This document shows, one piece after another, positions 39,849 through 51,422 of a stretch of DNA of 64,000 bases. The first letter of the stretch is position 1; every line of letters starts with the position of its first letter. Below the pieces are notes generated by a model. That model made no database searches and was not told the origin of the DNA. It saw only the letters and a program-made list of their open reading frames with translations. The position numbers were made by a program, and so were the translations under genes. Source of the DNA: Squalus acanthias (taxonomy: Eukaryota); assembly GCA_030390025.1 (NCBI GenBank), contig CM059432.1:93870001-93934000 (forward strand). The letters are read 5' to 3'.

Positions 39849-42014
39849 GGCCCGTAATTTGGGACCCTGCGTATGTGCCCGTAAGGGCCGCACACGCTTC
39901 GGGGTTTCGCGCGCAAAGCGCATGCGTAAAAACCCGGAACTTGCGATCTGTCAAGAACTTTCTCGATTGATCTAACGCATCCCCAGGTGGAGAGTTGCGC
40001 GATTCGCCCAACTTCTGCCCAGCGAATGCCCGTGAAATTCTTATGCCTGGTAAGGCCTGCTTTCGCCAGCGTAAGAGTTTTAAAAAAAATCATTTTTTTC
40101 AATCATTTATCCATTAAAAAACCTGTGCAATAACATAAGTTTATTTTTAGCCCCTTTAAACATTTAAATTTATTTTCAAAAAATCAAATTTTTGTTTTAA
40201 ATATTTAAATAAATGTGATTTTAATTAATTTTAAATGTGATTTTTTTTTTTAAATTTGAGATGTAGATGTATTTTTTGGGGTATTACCACCACCAACTTG
40301 TATTTATATAGCACCTCTAACGCAGTAAAATGTCCCAAGGCGCTTCACAGGAGTATTTTAAGACAAAAAATGTGACACCGATCTACATAAGGATAAATTA
40401 GGGCAGGTGACCAAAAGCTTGGTCAAAGAGGTAGGTTTTAAGGAGCATCTTAAAGGAGGAAAGAGAGGTAGAGAGGTTTCGGGAGGGAATTCCAGAGCTT
40501 AGAGCCTAGGCAACAGAAGGCACGGCCACCAAAAGTTGAGCGATTATAATCAGGGATGCTCAAGATGGCAGAATTAGAGGAGCGCAGAAAACTCGAGGGA
40601 TTGTGGGGCTGAAGGAGATTACAGAGATAAGAAGGGGCGAGGCCATGGAGGAATTTGAAAACAAGGATGAGAATTTTGAAATCGAGGCGTTGCTTAACCG
40701 GGAGCCAATGTAGGTCAGCGAGCACAGGGGTGATGGGCGAACGGGACTTGGTGCGAGTTAGGACACGGGCAGCCGAGTTTTAGATGATCTCAAGTTTACG
40801 TAGGGTGGAATGTGGGAGGCCAGCCAGGAGTGTGTTGGAATAGTCAAGTCTAGAGGTAACAAAGGCGTGGATGAGGGTTTCAGCAGCGGATGAGCTGAGG
40901 CAAGGGCGGAGACGGGCGATGTTACGGAGGTGGAAGTAGGCGGTCTTTGTTAAGCTGCGGATGTGTGGTCGGAAGTCCATTTCAGGGTTAAATATGACAC
41001 CAAAGTTGCGAACAGTGTGGTTCAGCCTCAGACAGATGTTAGGGAGAGGGATGGAGTCAGTGGCTAGGGAAAGGAGTTTGTGGCAGGGACCGAAAACAAT
41101 GGCTTCAGTCTTCCTAATATTTAATTGGAGAAAATTTTTGCTCATCCAGAACTGTATGTCGGACAAGCAGTCTGACAATTTAGACACCGTAGAGGGGTTG
41201 AGTGAAGAGGTAGTGAGGTAGAGCAGAGTGTCGTCAGCGTACATGTGGAAACTGACGCTGTGTTTTCGGATGATGTCACCAAGGGGCAACATGTAGATGA
41301 GAAATAGGAGGGGGCCAAGGATAGATCCTTGGGGGACACCAGAGGTAACGATGCGGGAACGGGAAGAGAAGCTGTTGCAGGTGATTCTCTGGTTACGATT
41401 AGATAGATAAGAATGGAACCAGGCGAATGCAGTCCCACCCAGCTGGACGACGGTGGAGAGGCTATGGAGAAGGATGGAGTGGTCAACCGTGTCAAAGGCT
41501 GCAGACAAGTCAAGAAGGACGAGGAAGGATAGTTTACCTTTGTCACAGTCACAAAAGGATGTCATTTGTGACTTTGATGAGAGCTGTTTCGGTGCTGTGG
41601 CAAGGGCGGAAACCTGATTGGAGGGATTCAAACATGGAATTGCGGGAAAGATGGGCACGGATTTGGGAGGCAACAACATGTTCAAGGACTTTGGAGAAGA
41701 AAGGGAGGTTGGAGATGGGGCGGTAGTTTGCAAGGACGGAGGGATCAAGGTTTGGTTTTTTGAGGAGAGAGGTGATGACGGCAGATTTGAGGGATACGGA
41801 ATCCCCGTAAGCATGAATGGGGATCCCCTTCTTTCATTGGTTGGGCTTGCCCACATGACCCCAGGGGCACTGGAGAACTACATGCGCCCCTAGGATAAGT
41901 GGGCCTCTATCCGCGGGTACCCGGAGAGGCCCTGGACCGCGAATCTCCGTACCACCAGGAACGCGGGTCGGAGGCATTTCCCCGCGGGAAGCCTCTGACC
42001 GCAAATTCAGGGCC
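39849..42014 (+). mobile_element. Structured MITE (A/B-related) split by an L2 insertion
   Basis: GGCCCGTAATTTG ... CAAATTCAGGGCC with AGT/AGT TSD; halves at 39849-40286 and 41791-42014. Confidence 0.72.
40287..41790 (-). mobile_element. L2 LINE, 5'-truncated
   Basis: LLDLSAAFDTVDH, GVPQGSILGP, FHMYADD, FVTSRLDYSN, LHWLPVKQR: L2-clade RT motifs. Confidence 0.93.
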
Positions 42015-43015
42015 AGTATCTCAGATAGGTAATGATACATTCCTTGAACTATTCCTTCAACAGCTACATTGGGAAAAGCAACAACTCAGCATTAAGATAT
42101 GTCAAAGCATTCAACAACCTACCAACAAACTCCTCCCCATCCCAGCAACTCATGACTCTCTGCAAAGACAAAGAAGCCAAGAGTTCAATACTTCTCCCAT
42201 ACCTGGAGGCACTCCTCCAGCACCTCTCTCTCTCACACTTTGATAGCTGGTCATCTGGTAGGCAATTCTTCTCTCATCTCTAGCCTACAGCCTCACTCTA
42301 CACAACCTTTCTTATCTATCAGATCAATACTACTACATTGTTCCTCGATATGTTCCTCTTTTGTTACTGTTGTACTCTAACCACTCATGCTCTTCTTCCT
42401 TCCTGCATTCTTAACATGCTGAAATAAAGATTTACTGCATGGTCTCCTACCCCAATGCCTTTATTCCTAGGACCTCAAAATTCTGGAACCCTTTACCTCC
42501 CCTAAAGCTTTCTTCACACAATCCCTAGGCTTTTAGAACCAAAGCCTGGCATTACCTAACTCCTACTTCTGAATTTAACTCACCTTCTCTCCTATTCTTT
42601 TGAAGCACTGACCCTGTATTGGGGGAAAATTAATATTCCCCTTGTAGCAACAAAGTCATGTTTCGTTTCAAAATTGAACACAATCAAATCAAAAATAAAA
42701 GTTACACCCACTTGTGCTCCAATACAGCATATTAGCTTTTCAAACAGGTTATAATTCTCAGACCATCAGACTTCAAGTCATGTAAATACTGAGGAATTTA
42801 GAAGATATTGTCACAAGGTTTATCGGATGCCAATCACTACTGACTATCTGGAAAGAGATGGTCTGGTACAACATGAGGTTAGTTACTATAGTGAACCACT
42901 TGACTTGTGGGGAAATAGCTGCACTTCAGCCTAAAGGGTCCCCAACTTGTTACCATTATTGGATTAAATTATTAAAGTGACATCTTTGTGCAAGTAAATA
43001 CATTGAAATCTAATA

Positions 43016-44150
43016 CAAAAGCAAAATACTGCGGATGCTGGAAATCTGAAATAAAAACAGAAAATGCTGGAACTACTCAGCAGGTCAGGCAGCATCTGTG
43101 GAGAGAGAAACAGAGTTAACGTTTCAGGTCGATGACCCTTCGTCAGAACTGAAAAAAGTTGGAGATGGAACAGATTTTTAAGCAAGTGTAGGGGCAGGGA
43201 AAGGGGGGAGGGGAGGAAAGAACAAAAGGGAAGGTCTGTGATAGGATGGAAGGCAGGAGGGATTAAAAGACAAAAGGGATGACGGTGCAAGGCAAAAGGA
43301 GATGGTAATGGGACAAGTTAAGAAACAAAAGATGACTCTAGATGAAGTGTAAATGGCAATGGCAGAATGATTGACAGCTGCCATGAAGAGAGAATTTTTT
43401 TTTTTAATTAAAAAAGATAGGGGCAGAGGTTATGGTCTGAAATTATTGAACTCTATGTCGAGTCCAGAAAGCTGTAAAGTGCCTAATCGAAAGATGGGGT
43501 GCTGTTCCTCGAGCTTACGTTGAGCTTCATTGGAACAGTGTAAGCGGCCGAGGATGGAAAGGTCAGAGTGGGAGTGGAGCGGAGAATTAAAGTGACAGGC
43601 GACCGGAAGCTCAGGGTCACCCTTACAGACTGAGCGGAGGTGTTCCACAAAGCGGTCACCCAATGTAGAGGAGACCGCACCGTGAGCAGCGAATACAGTA
43701 TTCTAAATTGCAAGTACAACAAGTAAATCGCTGTTTCACCTGGAAGGAGTGTTTGGGGCCCTGGACAGTGAGAAGGGAGGAGGTAAAAGGGCATGTGTTG
43801 CATCTCCTGCGCTTGCACATGAAGGTGCCGGGCGAAAGGGAAGGGAGCGGTCCCTTCGGAATGCTGAAAGGGGAGGGGAGGGGAAGATGTGATTGGTGGT
43901 GGGATCACGCTGGAGGTGGCGGAAATGGCAGAGGATAATCCGTTGAATGTGCAGGCTGGTGGGGTGAAAGGGGAGGACAAGGGGAACCTTATCGTGGTTC
44001 CGGGAGGGAAGGGAAGGAAGGGAAGGGAAGGAAGGAGCGAGAGCAAAAGTGCGGGAAATAGAACGGACACGGTCAAGAGCCGTGTCAACCACAGTAGAGG
44101 GGAACCCTCGGTTGAGGAAAAAGGAAGACATGTCGGAAGCACTAGTATGG
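43016..44150 (-). mobile_element. Penelope-like retroelement (RT C-terminus, GIY-YIG endonuclease remnant, terminal repeat)
   Basis: FFLNRGFPSTVVD, LGDRFVEHLRSV..PVACHFNS, RKLEEQH.IFRLGTLQ..GL.IEF motifs. Confidence 0.88.
43114..43150 (-). ncRNA. Minimal hammerhead-ribozyme motif of the Penelope terminal repeat
   Basis: AGUU-CUGACGA-A-GGGUC(AUC)GACCU-GAAA-CG-UU-AACU: stem I, intact core, stem II, palindromic AACGUU stem III. Confidence 0.6.
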
Positions 44151-45205
44151 AAATCTATACTATTCATACTACATTGAAATCTATACTAACCATAGTGAGT
44201 TTTCCAAAATAACCAGAATCAGGAAAGGAAAAAAATGTTGCAATAAAGTTAGACACATCTATCCCATTATCATGACCCAACACCAAGTAACGGTTGACAT
44301 TTACCTCAAATTTTTATTTAAACCATTTTAGATTAAGACTAGCTATCTTGCAGGACTGGTATGAATGGAACTGAAAAATTGTCCAAAGAGATGATTCATG
44401 GTAACAAGGGACAATTTTATAATATTTGCCGACCAACTGCCCAGCAATTATGGACAAAACTCTTGCGGTTGCTGAAAGCAAGCATAGGAGCCTGTTTCAC
44501 ATCGTAAAAGAAGATCTGATGTTGAAAAATCACCACTTTGTATTTCCCCAATACCAAGACAAACACAGGATAACACAGTTTACAATCTTATCAATCGATT
44601 TTGATTGGAAATGCGTTGCAAAATGATTAGTCCATCCTTGCATGTTTTCTTAACAATGCTACAAAGCAATTTTAGGAAAAAAGACACTGAGAAAATATGT
44701 CACTTGCAATAAAAAGGTTCATGAATATTGGTGGGGGAAAAAATGTGGCAAACAGACTACTCGCTCAACAGGAACTGACTGCAGAGCTGTTTGAATTGAT
44801 TTTATGGATATACAGAGGAAAATAATCTCATTCATCCTGTGAGGTTTGTGTGTGATGAATAAAGCTTTTTGTGATGATGTTTTATGTAAGAACAAAGAAT
44901 CCAGCACACAGACGACTAAACGGTTTTAGGCTGATTTATTAACAACGGATGGTATATTATGTACGTTTTGGTGGAAGGAACTTTTTTTGTCAGTTAAGTT
45001 TCATTTTAATTACTTGGGAAGTTGAATAAGAAAGTTAAATAAAGTGAACATCTATCAGATTTCAGTGACCAATTCTGTCCTTTCAGCTCAAAAATGAACC
45101 TAACAATATCATGCATCTATAACAAGGAAAATAGATTTATCTATTACCAGTCTAAATCGGGTCTGAACAATATATTTTAATCCTGAAAATTAACATTGAA
45201 TATAT

Positions 45206-45609
45206 GGCTGGGAATTTCTTTCTGAAGTTCAACGACATTACTTGGGAGTGTTAGACCTTTACCGAGTATCTAAACAGGAAGTTGTATACAGTTACCAATA
45301 AATTGTGGTGAAAAAATAAAACAAAATGCTGATGTGAGAAATAAGTCCAAGTACCAGTTTAATTAAAAGGTTTTAGAAGTTTTTAAAATGTAATGTCAAT
45401 GGAAGAGACCGAGAAGTTTCTGTGGGCGTGGCTTAGTTCGACAGCTTTTGTGGGTGTGTCTTCCTTTATGCATAGGCTGTACGCTGCGCAGAACTCTGCA
45501 GCGCTGAAGAGGAAGTCCCCGTTCTGGGCCTCGCTCAAGCTAAGTACGTATTTTTTTCGTAGGTCGGCAGTGTACTCCGTAGCTACGCCGCCAACCGCAA
45601 TTCTGGGCC
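45206..45609. mobile_element. Possible further GGGCC-ended MITE
   Basis: Right end CCAACCGCAATTCTGGGCC matches the family TIR; left end GGCTGGGAATTT is tentative. Confidence 0.4.
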
Positions 45610-46019
45610 CATTATTTCCTATCCTGAATTGCACTGACATAGTGGTAATGTTGGGCCGCCTTCTTGAACCATTAAAATGGCATTAAGTAGGGAATTCAGG
45701 GATTTTGGCACAGCTATAATGAAGGAACTGCAATATATGCCCAAGTCAGAATGGTGTGCGATTTGGAGAGAAACTTGGAGGTGATGATGTTCCCAAGCAA
45801 ACAGAAGTAAGCGAACAGAGAATACAGCAGTGCAGGTGCTATATAAGGAAATTAATTAACACACAAGGGGTGAAATTGGCCGTCGGCGGTTGTGCAAAAC
45901 AGGCGATAATGAATCGGCAGCTGGTTTTACACCCCACACGATTTTCTTTCCCATTGAATGGAAAAGAAAATCATGCGGGTTGTAAAATGGGTTGCCGATT
46001 CGTTAACGCCTTTTGTGCT

Positions 46020-47686
46020 TTTTAAAAATTCATTCATGGGATCTGGCATCGCTGGCGAGGTCAGCATTTATTGCCCATCCTTAATTGCCCGAGAAGGTGG
46101 TGGTGAGACGCCTTCTTGAACCGCTGCAGTCCGTGTGGTGAAGGTACTCCCACAGTGCTGTTCAGGAGGGAGTTCCAGGATTTTGTCCCTGCGACGAGCA
46201 AGGATCGGTAATATACTTTCAAGTCAGGATGGTGCGTGACTTGGAGGGGAACTTGGAGGTGGTGGTGTTCCCATGCACCTGCTGCCCTTGTCCTTCTAGG
46301 TGGTAGAGGTCGCAGGTTTGGGAGGTGCTGAGTGGGCAAGCACATGGCAAATGGAATATAATGTGGAGAAATGTGAAGTTATCAACTTTCGTAGGAAAAA
46401 TAGAAAAGCAGAGTATTTTTTAAAATGGAGAGAGATTGGGAAATGTTGGTGTTCAGAGGGACCTGGGTGTCCTTGTACACAAATCACTGAAAGTTAACAA
46501 GCAATTAGGAAAGCAAATGGTATTTTGGCCTTTATTACAAGAGGATTTAAGTATAAAGACGTCTTACTGCAATGATACAGGGCCCTGGTGAGACCACACC
46601 TGGAGTATTGTGTACAGTTTTGGTCTCCTTACCTAAGGAAGGATATACTTGCCACAGAGGGAGTGCAACGAAGTTTCACCAGACTGGTTCCTGGGATGGG
46701 GGGATTGTCCTATGAGGACAGATTGAGCAGACTAGGCTTATATTCTCTGGAGTTTAGAAGAATGAGAGGTGATCTCACTGAAACATACAAAATTGTTACA
46801 GGGCTTGACAGGGTAGATACTGGGAGGATGTTTCCCCTGGCTGGGGGGTCAAGAACCAGCTGTCAGTCTCAGAATAAGGGGTCGGCCATGGAGGAGAAAT
46901 TTCTTCACTGAGGGTGGTGAATCTTTGGAATATTCTCCCCGGATGGCTGCGGTGGCTCAGTCGTTGAGTATATTCAAGACAGAGATCGATAGATTTTTGA
47001 ATATTAAGGGAATCAAGGAATATGGGGATAGTGCAGGAAAGTGGTGATGAGGTAGAAGATCAGCCATGATCTTATTGAATGGCAGAGCAGGCTTGAAGGG
47101 CCAAATAGCCGACTCCTGCTCCTATTTCTTATGTTCTTATGAAGCCTTGGCAAGTTGCTGCAGTGCATCTTGTAGATGGTACACACTGCAGCCATGGTAC
47201 GCCAATGGTGGAGGGAGTGAATGTTTAAGGTGGTGGATAGGGTGCCAATCAAGCAGGCTGCTTTGTCTTGGATGGTGTCGAGCTTCTTGAGTGTTGTTGG
47301 AGCTGCACTCATCCAGGCAAGTGGAGAGTATTCCATCACACTCCCTACTTGTGCCTTGAAAATGGTGGAAAGACTTTGGGGAGTCAGGAGGTGAGACACT
47401 CGCCGCAGAATACCCAGCCTCTGACCTGCTCTTGTAGCCACAGTATTTATGTGGCTGGTCCAGTTAAGTTTCTGGTCAATGGTGACCCCCAGGATGTTGA
47501 TGGTAGGGGATTCAGCGATGGTAATGCCATTGAATGTCAAGGGGCGGTGGTTAGACTCTCTCTTGTTGGAGATAGTAATTGCCTGGCACTTGTATGGCGC
47601 GAATGTTACCTGTCACTTATCAGCCCAAGCCTGAATGTCGTCCAGGTCTTGTTGCATGCAGGCATGGACTGCTTCATTATCTGAGG
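46020..47686 (-). mobile_element. CR1-group LINE of a different clade (Zenon/Jockey-like C-terminus), 3' fragment
   Basis: NILGVTIDQKLNWTSHI, KAQV.SVMEYSPLAW, HSLHHWRT.AAVCTIYK; TSD TGTGCT (46014-19, 47687-92); clade name tentative. Confidence 0.75.
46330..47141 (+). mobile_element. CR1 3' fragment inserted in the previous LINE
   Basis: [37 protein letters not shown] tail. Confidence 0.88.
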
Positions 47687-49015
47687 TGTGCTACCGCCGA
47701 AGATCAATTTCACCCACAATCTCTTACAACGACAAGCACACATAGGAAGATTGTGCCCCAGGGTTGTTAAATGTGCAGTCTGTCCCGCGGCAACAAACTT
47801 TAAACCGCTTACATCCCAAAGGGGACAGATATCGTGAAATTTTGTTGAGTGATATTAGTAATACATGCAGCTACTTTATATTTTAAAAGGTAAAAAAGAT
47901 ATTAAACAAGTTAATGTTTTTGTTAAAATAGTGGACAACAGAGGCCAGATCAAGAGGACACAAGGCACAAGTAGGGCTGCAAGCATAAATGTTGGCCAAG
48001 TTGCGTAAAAGGCAACTGTTCTGTAACCCATGACATCTTCTAGGGATTCTGAAGTGCCAGTCTCTCACCCAATACATAAACCAGCTTAAAGACAACTTGC
48101 AGACCTTCAAATGCATAAACACGAAGGACACAGCATATGCCAATAAGAACCTAAACCAAATGTCTTTTTCATCAAATCCATGCAGTCAGAATTAATGCTC
48201 CACTGTGTGGTTATATTGTGTCTCAAAATCTCTTTAATGCTTCAATACAAAAAAGTTGAAAAATTTTGACACTTCTAAATACTTCAAACAACTGATAGAT
48301 GGGGTAAAGGAGGATGATTGCAACGTTTTAATAATCCGTAGGTTGGCTTTGGCTGTGAAGCCACAAGTGCTGAGAACAGACTTCATTAAGAAAAAGTAGA
48401 ACTTGGCAAGAACATTATCAGCTTTGTGGTGTGGCTGAGAGCCAAAAGGATTCCAACAGAGTCTTCAATGTTTCATACAAAGGACTTCACTACCAGGCAA
48501 TTCACATCACATAATTAATGGCTTTAGCGCTTTCACATTCAACTTGATAAGTCAAAGGAAATGATTTAAGAGACTTTGCATGTACATTGAAGTGACCTGG
48601 ACAATTCCTCCGAGAAAGAAAGTTCAACAAGGCATTACACTGGACTTTGCTGGCAAAGTCATTAGGTTAGTAACAGTAAATGGAATTCCCTTTCAAATGA
48701 CATTCATTTTATTAAATTGCATGTTGCATACAATATCCTTTGTGTCATCTGATTACTCTTTGTAAAATGAGAAGCAAAGATCTCAGGGATATAGTTGTCC
48801 ATATGGTAAAATGATGGGAAATGACCTGAAATGATGCGCAGACCTTTATCATTCCCTAATTAATTGGCCCAGCATGACCAAATTGGATGTGTGTTTGGCA
48901 ACAGCTCCTTTGTACGCTTTATGGAAAGAAGGCACAAACAGTTTTGAAGGGACGAGTAAGTTATTTCTTCTGGAGACCACGCACACAGAGACTGGATATG
49001 GCATGGCAATACATT

Positions 49016-49746
49016 GGCCCGGAATTTGCGGTTGAAATGGTGGCAAAACTGTCAGCGTGCGCCATCATTACAATGTGAATCTGACAGTAACTTCTGGAGT
49101 ACGCACATGCACAGTTAAAACGCGGAAATCCAGAAGTTGCTGTCAGTCATTCCCTGCTCCTCCACAGGGCATGCTGTTGAACTCCCCACAGACAGCAATC
49201 AATTGAAATCACTGAACTGACAAGAACTTGAGTTTTTACACTGGAATATCACTCTTAAAAAATCTCCTAAATAAGTCAAGCCTTGTTGAATGAGGTAACT
49301 GGGTTTTTCATGGCGTACTGAGTCACAATTACTGCTGAACAACCGCTCTGGCCCTAGTTCAGCCCTTTGACATTTGTGGAATGTCAAACTTTTTCCATTA
49401 TGATAAAAATTCTATGTTTTTTATTTTAAAAAATTAAAGCTTGTTTATGATATTTCAGCTTCTACCTTAATGCCATATGTATGTCCCAATCTTCATTTCA
49501 CTGTCTGTAAAATGATTAAAAAGTGAAGGATAAAACCTGCTTTTTACTTCCTGGTTTGCTGTCTGTGGGAATTCTTCAATGTGATTGACTGCTTAGCCAG
49601 CCTGATGACATCACTTGCTGGATATCCCCAAGACTTGGCATAAGATTCAAATTAATGTCGGGAGAGTGGAGATCGGCGCCACAGAGATTGCTGTATCTTT
49701 GTGGGCAGCTGTCTTCGAGTTCACCAGTGACTGCAAAATCTGGGCC
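49016..49746 (+). mobile_element. Structured MITE, subfamily B
   Basis: GGCCCGGAATTTGCGGT ... ACTGCAAAATCTGGGCC; flanks ATT/AAT. Confidence 0.8.
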
Positions 49747-50066
49747 AATCTTATTTCTAATTGTGCAATGGATTCCATTTAAATTGCCGAGAAATGTAAA
49801 ACCTCTTTTGCTACTAAATATAGAGTTGATTTGTAATCAACATATTGTACAGTAACCTCCATCTTCAATAAGATTACCTGCCCCAAGGTTTCAGAGGAAC
49901 TTGGGAGTACACATAATGTGTAATCCGTCTTATCTAATAAAGCAAACTGAACAGTAAGTAACCATAATCAATGGCTTTAAGTTTGTCATTATGTTGTAAC
50001 CCTGCGTTATCGCGGACTCAATTCTGTACCACACCTACCTGCAGTAAAAGTTATGAATGGGTCTCT

Positions 50067-50170
50067 TAAAGCTGCTTTTATATTGTTCTTTTAGTTTGGA
50101 TTCCAGGAGCCAACTCCCAGATGCTGGGCTCCTGGAATCCAAATTAAAAGAATGGTATAAAGCAGCTTTA
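50067..50170. repeat. 104-bp hairpin, possibly a Kolobok-type mini-MITE
   Basis: ~45-bp arms; ends TTAA|AGCTGC ... GCAGCT|TTAc. Confidence 0.65.
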
Positions 50171-51422
50171 CACATGTGTGGCTAATATACCACATGTAGT
50201 ATATACAGTATTATTTTCTTGTAATTAGCAGTGGATTACTTCAGAGCTATTGTGGTGTGAACATCAGCATACCCTGCCAACAACTACAAGCACACAACAG
50301 AATAAAATTACATAAAAAGGACACAGGAGATTGATTTCAATAGGTCATCCCAGTTTCAGATTATGGTGACTGCTGTAACCAGATTCACAGTTCAGGGCAT
50401 CATGAGATTACTACCTTCAATCAGTTTTGGGTATCCTTTATTATATATGCATTTAATTACAACAGGAACAGCACTCCCACTATCGTTCCAAGTCCAACAT
50501 CTTGCAGTATACTGCAGTTGCATGCACCTAGTGGGAACATTCCACCCATCTGTGGTGTGGCCCCGTTTCCGAGGTAGCAAGTGCTTTTTACGTCTATTAT
50601 GCAGTTGGCTTGGAGATCAAGTGAAGGAGATTGATCTTGTACTTCTTTAACAAAAGCTATTAGCCAAAAGGGCATATTTAACATTTACAATTTATACAAA
50701 AGTTCCACAAAAAAGCTTTATATGCACCAGGAGCTTTATGCATATACGAGCTGGTGCAATGTAGTGAAAGGGTAATAACAGAGCTCAACGCAGATATAAT
50801 CATGTAGCTTGTGCAACTGCAGTACCAGCTTTTCTTTTCTACACATTTGTGATACTGCTACATGTACGATGGACTGGAATATTCTTTGTTGTTAAACGAG
50901 TTTCAAATGGAAACACATCATATCAGAGCATTACTAGTGTGGCAGGTGATTATGGTGCTATTTTCATGCAGCCTTTTAAGCATCCAAGCAGCTGTGCATA
51001 GCAGCTAAGGTTTGGTCCCATTACAGTTAGACTGCTGCTAATGTAAATACCACATTACACTGGATGACAGATTAGCCTGTAAATAGTAACCGTTTCCAAA
51101 GAGATCAAAAATCAATGAGAGAAATCTGCAGGGGTTACACAACCTTTTTAGGCCTAAAATGCAAGACATTCCCCGCCAGTGCCAATTAAAAAGAATTAAA
51201 GCAAATGATTATTTTACTGTTTATTCGGTTGTCTATTTAATGAGTATGTTCTAAAAACGGAAAAAAAGCCAAGGGTTAAATTGCCACAGATAAAGACTGC
51301 AGTGATCTAAATTAGTGAAATTCAAAGGGATATTATCCAATTACAAAAGACTGCATTTCCCAAAACAATATTAAATGTATATAGCCAATCTTTAACAATG
51401 GCATATTCTAAACTAACTAGCA

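Larger units (their letters stand above)
45867..47716. mobile_element. Palindromic MITE (GGGGTGAAATTG TIR) split by nested LINEs
   Basis: Left part 45867-46019 has an internal palindrome; right end CAATTTCACCCa at 47705-16; CAA on both sides. Confidence 0.65.
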
